Shown here in pieces: positions 36,575-46,855 of a stretch of 47,498 nt of DNA. The position numbers and the translations under genes were made by a program. Every line of letters starts with the position of its first letter. Position 1 is the stretch's first letter. The stretch comes from Ignavibacteriales bacterium CG07_land_8_20_14_0_80_59_12 (GTDB lineage: Bacteria; Bacteroidota; Ignavibacteria; 0-14-0-80-59-12), in contig PEWR01000053.1 of NCBI GenBank assembly GCA_002779395.1, positions 1 to 47,498 of the forward strand, given 5' to 3'. Under the pieces are notes generated by a model, which saw nothing but the letters and a program-made list of their open reading frames with translations, was not told the origin of the DNA and ran no database searches.

Positions 36575-38410
36575 CTATTCTACGGTCACGCTCTTCGCCA
36601 GGTTCCGCGGCTGGTCGACGTTGCAGCCGCGGTCGATGGCGATGTAGTACGCGAGCAACTGGAGCGGAATGATGGTGAGGATGGGTGTGAGGAAATCCAG
36701 TGTGTGCGGAACGCGAAGGACAAAATCGGCGAGCCGGGTGATCTCCTGATCGTTCTCGTCTGCGACGGCAATGAGCCTCCCCTTTCTCGCCTTGACCTCC
36801 TGTATGTTGCTTAGAACCTTTTTGTACGTCCCGTCACGCGGTGTGATGAAGACGACCGGCATGTCCCTGTCGATGAGGGCAATTGGACCGTGCTTCATCT
36901 CCGCTGCTGGATACCCTTCCGCATGAATGTACGAGATCTCCTTCAGCTTCAGGGCACCTTCCAGTGCCACGGGAAAATTGTAGCCGCGGCCGAGGTAGAG
37001 GAAATTCCGTATCGACTGAAATTCACGGGCGATCTCCCTGACAGTCTGTTCCTGCTCGAGTACCTTCTCCGCCTTTTCGGGCAGAATTTCGAGCTCATGG
37101 ACGATGGCCCGCCCCTGGTCCGGGCCAATGGTGCCCCGGAGCCGGCCAAGCATGAGCGTGATGAGAGACAGCGCAGTGAGCTGGGACGTGAAGGCTTTCG
37201 TTGACGCGACGCCGATCTCGGGGCCCGCGTGGAGGTAGGTCCCGCCGTCCGTCTCACGGGCAATGGAGCTGCCCACCACGTTCACGATCCCCGCCGTCGT
37301 CGCTCCCCGGGCGCGCGCCTCGCGGAGCGCTGCGAGCGTATCGGCGGTCTCGCCGCTCTGGCTGATGAGCCACACGACATCCGACGGCCCGACGATCGGA
37401 TTGCGATACCTAAACTCTGACGCATACTCGACACGGACCGGGATCCGCGCGTACTGCTCAAGCATGTACTGGCCTACAAGGCCGGCATGCCATGACGTGC
37501 CGCAGGCAGTGATGGTGAAACGGTCGGCCGCGAGGATGCGGTCCGTGAGCTCACGGAGTCCCCCGAGACGCGCGGTCCCCTCCTTTTCGTTGAGACGGCC
37601 GCGGAGTGTATTCATGATCGTTTCAGGCTGTTCGTGGATCTCCTTCAGCATGAAATGATCATAGCCGCCCTTCTCGATCTGCTCGAGCTCGAGTGTGACC
37701 TCCATTACCTTCTTCATCACGTCGGCGTTCTGGATCGTCTTCGTGACATACCCCGACGGATCGAGCGAGACGATCTCACCATCCTCAAGGTAGACAACCT
37801 GCCGCGTGTTGGAGATGATCGCCGCCGGGTCGGATGCCACGAAGTACTCACCGTTGCCAATTCCCAGGACAAGGGGACTTCCCTTCCGTGCCGCAACAAC
37901 CCTCGACGGCTCACGTGAACTCACGACTGCAATACCGTATGCGCCGTGGACCTCAAGGAGAGCAAGGCGGACAGCCGTGAAGAGATCATGTGAAACCCGG
38001 TACCAGTCCTCGACGAGATGGACGAGCGCCTCGGTGTCAGTCTGCGTTTTGAAGACATGCCCGCCTGCTTCGAGTTTTGACTTGATCGCCGCGTAGTTTT
38101 CTATGATTCCGTTGTGGACGAGTGCAATCTCGCCGGCGCAGTCGAAGTGCGGATGTGCGTTCGTATCGGAAGGTTCACCGTGCGTGGCCCAACGCGTGTG
38201 CCCGATGCCGATTGTCGCAGCCTCGAAGTCCATGGGAATGCCGGCGGCGACGTCGCGCACCTTCCCTGCTTTCTTATGTATAAGAAGATGGCCGTCAGTG
38301 ACCACGGCGACTCCAGCAGAGTCGTAACCGCGGTATTCAAGGCGTTTCAGACCATCGAGGAGGATCGGGAGAGCGGGTTTCTGACCAACATACGCGACGA
38401 TACCGCACAT
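36575..38410 (-). CDS. glmS: Glutamine--fructose-6-phosphate transaminase
   Basis: MCGIV, LEYRGYDSAG, HTRWATHG, SQSGETADT, PRNLAKSVTVE. Confidence 0.98.
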   Translation of the reverse strand: MCGIVAYVGQKPALPILLDGLKRLEYRGYDSAGVAVVTDGHLLIHKKAGKVRDVAAGIPMDFEAATIGIGHTRWATHGEPSDTNAHPHFDCAGEIALVHNGIIENYAAIKSKLEAGGHVFKTQTDTEALVHLVEDWYRVSHDLFTAVRLALLEVHGAYGIAVVSSREPSRVVAARKGSPLVLGIGNGEYFVASDPAAIISNTRQVVYLEDGEIVSLDPSGYVTKTIQNADVMKKVMEVTLELEQIEKGGYDHFMLKEIHEQPETIMNTLRGRLNEKEGTARLGGLRELTDRILAADRFTITACGTSWHAGLVGQYMLEQYARIPVRVEYASEFRYRNPIVGPSDVVWLISQSGETADTLAALREARARGATTAGIVNVVGSSIARETDGGTYLHAGPEIGVASTKAFTSQLTALSLITLMLGRLRGTIGPDQGRAIVHELEILPEKAEKVLEQEQTVREIAREFQSIRNFLYLGRGYNFPVALEGALKLKEISYIHAEGYPAAEMKHGPIALIDRDMPVVFITPRDGTYKKVLSNIQEVKARKGRLIAVADENDQEITRLADFVLRVPHTLDFLTPILTIIPLQLLAYYIAIDRGCNVDQPRNLAKSVTVE

Positions 38411-38451
38411 AGGGGGCCGTCCGTAATCATCTATATATCAATAGGTTCCGA

Positions 38452-38480
38452 AATATACCAAAGCGGTTTCTGAAAAGCAA
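38452..38480 (-). promoter_or_regulatory. Promoter upstream of glmS (probably of the glmS-arc operon)
   Basis: TTGCTT, 17 bp, TATATT with a TGn extension. Confidence 0.55.
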
Positions 38481-38642
38481 ACCCAGGCGGGGCGGAGGGA
38501 GCAGCGCGCAGCCCGCCTGCTGGTTGGGTAAACCTCTTCGGGACCAATTTCGTTCCTCTCCCCGGGAATGGGAGACAGAGCCCGGCGTTCAGATGATCCG
38601 CCGGGCCCGTAAAAGTCGTCTGAAACGCGGTTTCTCCGTACG

Positions 38643-39959
38643 TCAGCGGAGCTGTCCCAGTGCTCTGTGAAGATCATGGATGATGTCATCGACCCGCTCG
38701 AGCCCCACGGAGAGCCTGATCCCTCCCGGGTCGATCCCTTTCTTCACCTGTTCTTCCGGCGGTATCGCCGCATGTGTCATGGAGCCAGGATGCTCAACAA
38801 GTGTTCGGATATTGCCGAGGCTCACTGCCAGGGTCACCGTGTAGGCGTTCTTCGCGAGGTAGTTGATGACCCGCTCGCCGCGCGCCCGCCGTTCCTTCGG
38901 CGTCCTTCCTTTCACCGTGAAATGAATCATGATACCGGGCGCGAAGTTCCCGTCGTAATCGAGCATCTGCCGCTTCGCAACCTCATACTGCGGATGCGAA
39001 GTGAGCCCCGGATACGTCACCGAATCGACATGCTCCTCGGACTCGAGGAACCTGGCGATCTCGATCGCCGATCGTTCCTGGTGCCGGGTCCTGAGCGAGA
39101 GGGTCGGGAGGCCGTAGACAAGGAGCGGCCAGGCGCTCTTCGCGGCAAGGGCGCCGCCGAAGTCCTTCCGGTAGAGAAGCAGCCGGTCGCGGCTCCACGC
39201 CGGCCCGATCACGGCTCCTCCCATGTCCGTCCCGAAACCGCCGATATTCTTCGTCAGAGAGTGCAGAACGAAGTCCGCGCCCAGCTCGATCGGCCGCTGG
39301 CAGAACGGCGTCGCAAAGGTATTATCGATGACGACGTAGATCCTGCTCTCCGCGCTTCTTTTCCTGTTCTCGACTGCAACCACATCGCAGACACCGCGGA
39401 TATCAATGAGCTGCATCGTCGGGTTTACCGGCGACTCAAAATAGACGACACGGGTCCGGCGGCTGATGGAATGCCGGAGGTGGTCAAGGCTCGTGAGGTT
39501 GGCGAACTTCACCCCAATCCTGTAACGCGGGTACCAGTTCGTAAGGAGCGAGTAGGTGCAGCCGTACAACATCCGGTGAGCGACGATCTCATCACCGGTC
39601 GCGGTGAGACAGCCGAGGATCCCCGAGACAGCCGCCATCCCCGTTGTGAAGGTGACCGACGCCGCCCCCGATTCTGCCCGAGCAAGCGTTTCCTCGAGCA
39701 TATCTTTCGTCGGGTCCCCGAGTCGGTCGTAGATGTAAATCGGCGCCCTCGCCTTTACTGCCACCTCGTCCGTTGTGTGAGCGAACTCGACGAAGCCTTG
39801 CGCGCCGCGCTGCGCAGAATCGAGACGGTACGTGCAGCTTGAGGTGATCGGAGGGACAAGATGATGGCTGTAGTCCCAGTGCGGCGTCTTCGCACGGCCG
39901 TAGATGAGCGTGGTTTCGACCGAGTAACTATTGTTCCTTCGCTTCTTCCCGCGTTTCAT
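38643..39959 (-). CDS. Trans-sulfuration family PLP enzyme, methionine gamma-lyase-like
   Basis: YDRLGDPT, GMAA, LYGCT, FESPVNPT, DNTFATP, HSLTK, AVSLG, IRLSVGLE; GGAGG before ATG 39959. Confidence 0.85.
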   Translation of the reverse strand: MKRGKKRRNNSYSVETTLIYGRAKTPHWDYSHHLVPPITSSCTYRLDSAQRGAQGFVEFAHTTDEVAVKARAPIYIYDRLGDPTKDMLEETLARAESGAASVTFTTGMAAVSGILGCLTATGDEIVAHRMLYGCTYSLLTNWYPRYRIGVKFANLTSLDHLRHSISRRTRVVYFESPVNPTMQLIDIRGVCDVVAVENRKRSAESRIYVVIDNTFATPFCQRPIELGADFVLHSLTKNIGGFGTDMGGAVIGPAWSRDRLLLYRKDFGGALAAKSAWPLLVYGLPTLSLRTRHQERSAIEIARFLESEEHVDSVTYPGLTSHPQYEVAKRQMLDYDGNFAPGIMIHFTVKGRTPKERRARGERVINYLAKNAYTVTLAVSLGNIRTLVEHPGSMTHAAIPPEEQVKKGIDPGGIRLSVGLERVDDIIHDLHRALGQLR

Positions 39960-42900
39960 TGGCACCTCCATCGTCTACCGCGCGGCCTCCCGAGACCGGG
40001 AACCGGAAGATGAATGTTGCCCCCTTCCCCTCTTCGCTCTTCACCTCGACCTCCCCGCCGTGCAGGTCGACAATCTGCCTCACGATGGCGAGTCCGAGTC
40101 CCATCCCTTCCGACTTGGTGGAGAAATTCGGTTCGAACAGGTGAGGTCGCACCTCAGGGGGGATCCCGGGACCGTTGTCGTGGATCGAGATTTCGATGCC
40201 CCCTCCTTTCCGTTCAGTGCGGAGTGTGATGCAAGGTGAGGAGGTCCCCCGCACCGCCTGGACGGCGTTGCGGATCACGTTGATGAAGAGGCGGCTGATC
40301 TGGTCCCTGTCAGCCTCGATGACGGAGGCAGTATCTGCAAAATCGCGGACAAAAGCAACATCCCGCTCCGACTCGAAGAGCGACGCGGCGGACGAGAGGA
40401 TCTCGGACGGATTCTGGGGAGTAAAGTGGGGTTCCGGCATCCTTGCGAAGTACGAGAACTCGGAGGCAATGGCACGGAGACTCTCGATGCGGTCGATGAT
40501 TGTGCGCGCGACCTGATCGAGCTCCTCCTTGAAATCCGGCTTCGCATCCCTGTACGCTGCGAGGAGCTGCTGCATCCCCAGCTTCATGGGTGTGAGTGGG
40601 TTCTTGATCTCATGCGCCACCTGCTTTGCCATCTCGCGCCACGCCGCTTCACGCTCCGCTCTCGCGACAAGCTCCCGCGATTCCCGGAGGTCCCTGACCA
40701 TCCCGTTGAACGTCCGCACAAGATCATCGAGCTCGTCGCGTGTCCTCGACTCCACGTTCACCGCAAGGTCACCGCGCGATACTTTCTCTGCTGCTTCCGT
40801 CAGGCGGATCACGGGGGCGCTGATGCGCCGGGAGAGGAGCCAGCCCAGGAAGCCGGCGAGCACAACCATCCCGGCGTACGGCCAGATGCCGAACACGTTT
40901 CTCCGCGCAATCTCGAGATCCACCTGCCCTTCCCTGTAGAGAAGAGGGACGGAGAGGACGAGACGCCGGAAAGAAGAAGCCTGAGCGCCTCCTGCGGCCG
41001 GAGCGTATCCCACCTCGTACGTGAAATCGCCGATCCTCTCAGCGTGCTGGAAGAACCGGTCACACCGAAGAACGATCGCCGCGTATGCCATCCCGTTGAG
41101 CCGGTCGTCAAGGAGCCCTGAAGCGAAGAGCTCCGGCGTGCTGCTCGCAATGAGGGCCGAATCGCTGTAGACATGGACATCGACGCCGGCCAGCTGCGCC
41201 AGGCGCCGGACGAGGCTATCCGCGCTCCCCCCCGCCGCCGACACGTTCGGAAAACCTGCCGTGCTCTTTCCCGGCGTCAGAGGCTCAAGCGAAAGAGAGC
41301 GAGTGAGAAGATCGAGTGAGTTCCTGAGACGCGTCCCCAGTGATTCATTGAACCGGCGTTCGGCGTCCCTCCTGTCGGCCGCCGCCAGGTAAAGGACAGG
41401 AAGGAGAGACACAAAGAGAAACGCTGTCAGCAGGCGGAAGCGGAACGAGAAGCGTCGCCGCCGGATGAGCCCGAGGACGAGGGCGATGAGTCCCAACGCA
41501 AGCGATATCTCCACGACAAGGATGAGCGTCTTCAGGACGACAAACGCATCCCATCGCATGTCGGGGCGCGACAACCGGAACACGAACCTCATCGCCGGGT
41601 CTCCCGGATCAGGGAGGCTGTACTCGTAGACAGACCCGGGGATCTCCATCCACGCTGCAGCTCCTTCGGCGGGAGCGCTCCGGCTCGCCTCGGCGGACCG
41701 TTGCCTCGATAAGGTGGGGACCCGGTCGACGCGGACGTCGAAGAGGGGGTCAAGCTGGGCGGCTGGCAGCTCGGGCCGCAGGAGTTCCGGTATGCCGCTT
41801 GAAAACGGGAAAGGAATCTCCGAAGGAACCGCAACACAGACGCTGCCGAGCGTTTCTCCCTCCTCACCCGTGATGGGTGCAGTGCCGATGTAGGTCCTTC
41901 CCGTGCGCCCCCCTACCACCCAGATCCCTGAGCCATGTTCCGAGCGTGAGAGGAACGACGTGAGGGACCTCATACGCTCCCCGATGGTGAACTGGCTCAC
42001 CGTCTTTCCGGCCGTGTCCAACACAGTGACAGCAGCCCCGTACCCCTGTTTGCCGAGGGGGCTTTCCGCCCAGATGAGGAACGCGAGCGTCGATCGCTCA
42101 TTCTCATCGGGATTGGATGAAGGAGAGCTCAACGCCTCCCTCACCCTCTGGCCGCTCGCCGAACGGAGCGTCTCCTGAACAAGGTATGTAAGCCATGCAT
42201 CCTGCGGCTTCACAAAGCTCGACGCCAGGAGCTCAACATGGTGCCGCGTTCGCTCAGCCTGCTCCCTCGCGATAAAACCGCCGACTGCGACCACGGCGAC
42301 GAGAATTGTCAGGAAGAGGCGGCGAGGGGCGAGGACTCCGCTCTGAAGCAGGGCGGACGGGACGACGACGAGGAGGACCAATCCGAGCGCGACGTGCCAC
42401 TCCATGAGCGGGTTCGGCGAAATCCACCACGCCGTCATCCCGGCGGGGGTCAGCATCACCCAATAGAGAATGCGCATCCTCGGGGGAGCGAGCAGCGAGA
42501 TAAGAATGTGAAGTATGAGAACAAACCCGAGTGTCAATCCGATGAGCGATGCGACGACGGCTGCTCCGGGAATCGAGAGGAGAAGCGACGCCGAATCCCC
42601 GTAGTCAATTGTCGAGTCAGTAACAGCGCTCGCGGCCAATGCAGCCGCACCTCGCCACGCCCAGTAGACGAGTCCCCCGACGACCAGTCCGCCTACGGCG
42701 GACCATCCCCACGAGGGGGACCCGCGGCGCAGAGTTTCGCCGTCTGATGCGGAGAGAGCCCGGGCAGAAGCGGCGACGCTCAAGAGGAAGGTGACGGCCG
42801 TCAGGACGAAATCACCTGGAGACCGCGCGAGTCCAAATCCGAATGACGAGGCAAAGTTCGTCGGATCCGCCAGGGAGGTTCCGATGACGCTGAACGGGAA

Positions 42901-43866
42901 TGCCGTGACAAGAAAAAGGATTCGCACGCCCCAGAGGAGAAGAACGAGCACGAGAAGTCTCACAAACCGGCGTGAGATGCGAGTGGAGTACCAAGCCCCG
43001 ACGAGGGCGGCCAGCAACCCGGCAACAGAGATGAGAACCCCTTCGGCTTCCCGAAGCTGCTCCTGACGATACCCAATGTACCCTTCCGGCACGATCGGAG
43101 AGGCAACAACCTCGCCGAGCGCCGTACCCTGAAGGCTCGTGAGGAAATGAGCGGTTCCTCGGGTATCCGGCGCTTCGGGGGACGAGCCGTTGCGAAAGAC
43201 GAACTCGATGTCAGCACCGATCTCCTGCGATATCTCCCTTGACAGGTTCCTCCCCCTGACGAACCGATTCGCTATCGGGTATGTAAGCTCGACAGGGACC
43301 GCATGAAGGAGGGCATACGGGTATGGCTCCTTCACCGCCGCTCCGGCAGGAATAAGAACGACAAGATAGTTGCTCACAGCGCCCGTATCGATGAAGCTTG
43401 CGCCGCTTCCACGCCTGACAAGACGAAGCAAATCCGACGGGACATCGATCGGCCTTCCTGACCATGCGGCAACGTCAATCGGCGTTTCGCGCGCCGCGTT
43501 TTCTTCGTGAAGCCGGAGGAGCTCCACGCTCTCAGAGGCGTCATTCCGTATCTCTTCCATGACGCCGAAGAGCGCAGGGAGAGAATCCGGCATTGACTGG
43601 AGAAGAGAGCCGACTTGGAGCTCGCGGTAGGCCTCGCGAAGGTCTTGCTCAGTCGACGACTGAAGGCGGGCGAAAATGACGGCGGCCCGCTCCACCGCCT
43701 CAAGGGTGGCCCTCCGTTCACGCTCTGGCCACGATTCTCCGAGGTCGTGTGGGACACGCTGCCTGACGATCTCGAGGATCCCTGCGGCGGTGAGAAGAAG
43801 GAGGACAAGCGCAAAGAGGAAGGAGCGGGTCGAACGCCATCCACCTCTGCGACGGAGCTCCTCCAC
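39928..43866 (-). CDS. Large multi-pass sensor histidine kinase with HAMP domain (NtrY-like C-terminus); start uncertain
   Basis: Many hydrophobic helices; AWREMAKQVAHEIKNPLTP, NVIRNA, DNGPGI, FEPNFSTK, GMGLGL. Confidence 0.92.
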   Translation of the reverse strand: MEELRRRGGWRSTRSFLFALVLLLLTAAGILEIVRQRVPHDLGESWPERERRATLEAVERAAVIFARLQSSTEQDLREAYRELQVGSLLQSMPDSLPALFGVMEEIRNDASESVELLRLHEENAARETPIDVAAWSGRPIDVPSDLLRLVRRGSGASFIDTGAVSNYLVVLIPAGAAVKEPYPYALLHAVPVELTYPIANRFVRGRNLSREISQEIGADIEFVFRNGSSPEAPDTRGTAHFLTSLQGTALGEVVASPIVPEGYIGYRQEQLREAEGVLISVAGLLAALVGAWYSTRISRRFVRLLVLVLLLWGVRILFLVTAFPFSVIGTSLADPTNFASSFGFGLARSPGDFVLTAVTFLLSVAASARALSASDGETLRRGSPSWGWSAVGGLVVGGLVYWAWRGAAALAASAVTDSTIDYGDSASLLLSIPGAAVVASLIGLTLGFVLILHILISLLAPPRMRILYWVMLTPAGMTAWWISPNPLMEWHVALGLVLLVVVPSALLQSGVLAPRRLFLTILVAVVAVGGFIAREQAERTRHHVELLASSFVKPQDAWLTYLVQETLRSASGQRVREALSSPSSNPDENERSTLAFLIWAESPLGKQGYGAAVTVLDTAGKTVSQFTIGERMRSLTSFLSRSEHGSGIWVVGGRTGRTYIGTAPITGEEGETLGSVCVAVPSEIPFPFSSGIPELLRPELPAAQLDPLFDVRVDRVPTLSRQRSAEASRSAPAEGAAAWMEIPGSVYEYSLPDPGDPAMRFVFRLSRPDMRWDAFVVLKTLILVVEISLALGLIALVLGLIRRRRFSFRFRLLTAFLFVSLLPVLYLAAADRRDAERRFNESLGTRLRNSLDLLTRSLSLEPLTPGKSTAGFPNVSAAGGSADSLVRRLAQLAGVDVHVYSDSALIASSTPELFASGLLDDRLNGMAYAAIVLRCDRFFQHAERIGDFTYEVGYAPAAGGAQASSFRRLVLSVPLLYREGQVDLEIARRNVFGIWPYAGMVVLAGFLGWLLSRRISAPVIRLTEAAEKVSRGDLAVNVESRTRDELDDLVRTFNGMVRDLRESRELVARAEREAAWREMAKQVAHEIKNPLTPMKLGMQQLLAAYRDAKPDFKEELDQVARTIIDRIESLRAIASEFSYFARMPEPHFTPQNPSEILSSAASLFESERDVAFVRDFADTASVIEADRDQISRLFINVIRNAVQAVRGTSSPCITLRTERKGGGIEISIHDNGPGIPPEVRPHLFEPNFSTKSEGMGLGLAIVRQIVDLHGGEVEVKSEEGKGATFIFRFPVSGGRAVDDGGANETREEAKEQ

Positions 43867-43873
43867 GACCGCC

Positions 43874-44380
43874 TCAGTAGATGTTGAACTGGGAGATGAC
43901 CCAGCGGGAGCCGGACCTGCTAAGGGAGACATAGATCTGAACCCGCTCACGGACCCCCCGGTTCACGAACGTTCCTCCTCCGGTCGCGTACGGGTTGTCG
44001 CCTGATTCCCCGAACGTCGTGAAATCGAATCCCAGCGGGTGATGGATTGAAAAGAAGCTTGAGAGAAGATAAAACGACTGCGAGCCGCTGAAGTAGCCAG
44101 TCTCGCCGCCGCGAAGCGAGAGCGATACCTGGTCACCGAGGTAGCGGGAGAAGGCTGACGGGTCTCCTTTCGCGACGCCGCGTTTGACCGCCTGGAACAC
44201 CTCCAAATGGTCACTTCGAGGGACATACGGGTTCTGGGGCGCGTTCCCAAGCCGCCTGAAATTCTCGTCGACATGCCGCTCGCGGGTGGGACGTCCGGCC
44301 TGCCGCTGTTCGACCTGGGCCCCCGCCGCGGGGGGCCCAAGAAGATAGACGAGCAGGAGTATGGAGGAGAGGTATCTCAT
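43874..44380 (-). CDS. DUF4783-like secreted protein
   Basis: Signal peptide; GYFSGSQSFYLLSSFFSIHHP...F resembles the DUF4783 motif. Confidence 0.6.
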   Translation of the reverse strand: MRYLSSILLLVYLLGPPAAGAQVEQRQAGRPTRERHVDENFRRLGNAPQNPYVPRSDHLEVFQAVKRGVAKGDPSAFSRYLGDQVSLSLRGGETGYFSGSQSFYLLSSFFSIHHPLGFDFTTFGESGDNPYATGGGTFVNRGVRERVQIYVSLSRSGSRWVISQFNIY

Positions 44381-44480
44381 CGTTCGGGCCACCGCCGGTT
44401 CAAGTTATGTCGGCGGGCCGAGAAAATCAACACGCTCACCGGGGTCCCCGCCGAGGGCTCCGCGCTTCTTCTCTGGGGCA

Positions 44481-45281
44481 TCAGTAGAGCTCCCGGGTCC
44501 AAACGCGTGTGAGAGGAGCCCGCGGCTGCGACTTGAGGTCGGGGTCATTCGGCACGAGCTGATAGGCCCAGTCGAACTTCACCCACGCCGCGGTGAGGAC
44601 CACGATGCGGAGTTTCGCATAGTGATTGTCGTGTGTGCGAATGACATACATGTGGCCGCCAATCGCCTGGGCGTCCTTCGTCGGTGACCACCCCGTGGTG
44701 GGCGCCCGGAGGATCTCGTCGAGCGACCCCGCGTAGCCCATGTCCTGGATATCGGTGTCGTTCCAGACATCGAGGTAAAGGATGCCCTGGTAGTTTTCGT
44801 AGAACAGATCCGTGTAGTTGTCGCTGTAGAGTCCGACCGAGTTCGTGGAGAAGTCATACCCGGCACGTGTTGAATCCCTCCTGTAGTCGTAGAGGAGGAC
44901 ATCGAACCCTTCGGGCCGGGGAGTCGCGGCGACGACATCGGCGCTCAGTTCGCTCTCGTAGCCGTCGAGATCATACGCCGTCACCGTGTAGTAGTACGTG
45001 TCCCCGTTCCTCGCGCCACGGTCGACGAACTGCGTCGAGTGGGTGGTCCCTATGAGGTCGTAGCGGCCGGAGTAGCTACCGCCGACGTAGACCTTGTATC
45101 CGGCGAGATCGTGCTCCCTGTTCGGAAGCCACGAGACAGTGACGATGTTGTCACCTGCAAGTGCAGCGACCCCCTGGGGAGGCGCAGGCGGAACGCTGTC
45201 GAACGGTTCGTTCACATGAATGTTGCAGCCCGCAACAAGGAGAGCGAGTGATAGTCCGGTAAAAACCGTGAGCGATTTCAT
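44481..45281 (-). CDS. Lipoprotein with a fibronectin type III domain
   Basis: Lipobox VAGC; PPAPPQGV...VSW...DLAGYKVY...YYYTVTAYD..GYESELS. Confidence 0.8.
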   Translation of the reverse strand: MKSLTVFTGLSLALLVAGCNIHVNEPFDSVPPAPPQGVAALAGDNIVTVSWLPNREHDLAGYKVYVGGSYSGRYDLIGTTHSTQFVDRGARNGDTYYYTVTAYDLDGYESELSADVVAATPRPEGFDVLLYDYRRDSTRAGYDFSTNSVGLYSDNYTDLFYENYQGILYLDVWNDTDIQDMGYAGSLDEILRAPTTGWSPTKDAQAIGGHMYVIRTHDNHYAKLRIVVLTAAWVKFDWAYQLVPNDPDLKSQPRAPLTRVWTRELY

Positions 45282-45320
45282 TGTCGTTCCCTTTCAGTAG
45301 ATGCGGTCACGAAACATGAG

Positions 45321-45336
45321 AACAACTCATGTGCCA
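45321..45336 (-). promoter_or_regulatory. Possible sigma54 (-24/-12) promoter for the FN3 lipoprotein gene
   Basis: TGGCAC-ATGAG-TTGTT, 40 bp upstream of the start; the -12 element has GT instead of GC. Confidence 0.4.
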
Positions 45337-45547
45337 GATGGTGTGAAAACTCTCCGGCCTGAAAGGCACACAATACGGGGGAAAAATGGGTGTTCTGAGC
45401 GTGGAATCGGAGGGCGCTTCCAACAGGTACCGGAGACCTGTTCGTTCGAGTGAACAGGAGTGTCGAAATCTAAGCGCAGTCCCTCCTTCAGAAAGCCTCT
45501 GCAAATACTCCGAGTTGAATCGGATCCGCCTCCGGCGGATCGAACGC

Positions 45548-46855
45548 TCAGCGCAGTTCGGGACCCAGGAAGACCTTCCCATGGTTGTAGATGCCGACGG
45601 CTTTGCCGACGAGAGCACGTCCGGCGAACGGTGTGTTTCTTGATCTTGAGTGGAAGAGTGCGGGGTCGACCTTCCAAGCGATGGTGGGATCGACGATAGT
45701 GAGGTTCGCCTTTTCCCCCTCGGCGATTTTCACGATTGGGAGTCCCAGGATTCTCCGCGGGTTGTAGGAGAAGACCTCGGGGAGGCGTTGAAGCGGCAGG
45801 TACCCTGTGCCAACGATCTCTGTGATCACAAGTCCGATCGCTGTCTCGAGTCCGACTATGCCGAAGGGAGCAGCCGCGAACTCCACCTCCTTCTCGTCGA
45901 AGGAATGGGGCGCATGGTCCGTGGCGATGACGTCGATCACTCCGTCGCGCAGCCCCTCGCGCAGCGCCATCATGTCGTCCTTGCTCCGCAGAGGAGGATT
46001 CACCTTGGTGTTCGGATTGAACGAACGGAGCACCTCGTCGTGCAGCGTGAGGTGGTGTGGTGTGACCTCCGCGGTCACATGGAGACCACTTAGCTTCGCA
46101 TCTTTGATCATGTGGACAGAAGCTGCGCAGCTCAGGTGCTGGGCGTGGTAGCGGCCCCCTGTGAACTCGACGATCCGCAGGTCGCGGGCGAGGCATGCCT
46201 CTTCCGCGATGGCGGGGCAGCCGGGGAGCCCGAGCTGCGTGGAGACGGCTCCCTCGTGCACAAGACCGCCCGCCGAAAGGGTCAGATCTTCACAGTGCTG
46301 GAGGATGACCCCTTCAAACATCTTCGTGTACTCAAGCGCAAGGCGCAGGATTCCTCCGGAGGCCACGGGGGCTCCGTCGTCCGTGAAGGCACGGGCACCT
46401 GCGTCCCAAAGCTCAGCGAGCGGTGCCAGGGCGGTCCCCTTCCTCCCACTCGTCACCGTGCCGGCGGGATACACATCAACGGCGCCCCCGAGCGCTTCCA
46501 TGCCGCGCTCGATGACCGTGCGAATGACCGACGCATCGTCCGCCGGTGGATTCGTGTTTGGCATCGTGAGGACGGCGGTGAACCCGCCCGCTGCCGCAGC
46601 AGCGGCGCACGTTGCAATCGTCTCCTTGTACTCATAGCCCGGCTCCCGCGCATGAACGTGCATATCCATGAAGCCCGGGAACACGAGCGCCCCGTGGAGG
46701 TCGACCCTCTCGAGTCCGCCCGTGCTCAGGTCCTCCCCGATGGCTGTGATGAGCCCGTGTTCAATGCGGATGTCCCTCACGGCATCGACCCCAGCGGCAG
46801 GATCGATGATATGAGCCGAGGTGAAAAGCAGATCCATTGTCTTTACCATCGTCAT
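45548..46855 (-). CDS. pyrC: Dihydroorotase
   Basis: PGFMDMHVHAREPG, MPNTNP, HCED, EVTPHHL, KVNPPLR, ATDHAPH, SRNTPF; ATG overlaps the pyrB stop. Confidence 0.96.
   Translation of the reverse strand: MTMVKTMDLLFTSAHIIDPAAGVDAVRDIRIEHGLITAIGEDLSTGGLERVDLHGALVFPGFMDMHVHAREPGYEYKETIATCAAAAAAGGFTAVLTMPNTNPPADDASVIRTVIERGMEALGGAVDVYPAGTVTSGRKGTALAPLAELWDAGARAFTDDGAPVASGGILRLALEYTKMFEGVILQHCEDLTLSAGGLVHEGAVSTQLGLPGCPAIAEEACLARDLRIVEFTGGRYHAQHLSCAASVHMIKDAKLSGLHVTAEVTPHHLTLHDEVLRSFNPNTKVNPPLRSKDDMMALREGLRDGVIDVIATDHAPHSFDEKEVEFAAAPFGIVGLETAIGLVITEIVGTGYLPLQRLPEVFSYNPRRILGLPIVKIAEGEKANLTIVDPTIAWKVDPALFHSRSRNTPFAGRALVGKAVGIYNHGKVFLGPELR

Noticed and set aside
38411-38642. glmS ribozyme upstream of glmS
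   Set aside because: No AGCGCC...GACGAGG core, and the predicted promoter leaves only a short leader
29440-39842. Long plus-strand ORFs such as 29440-30429, 33398-34288 and 38667-39842
   Set aside because: Antisense shadows of GC-rich minus-strand genes, with no recognisable motifs
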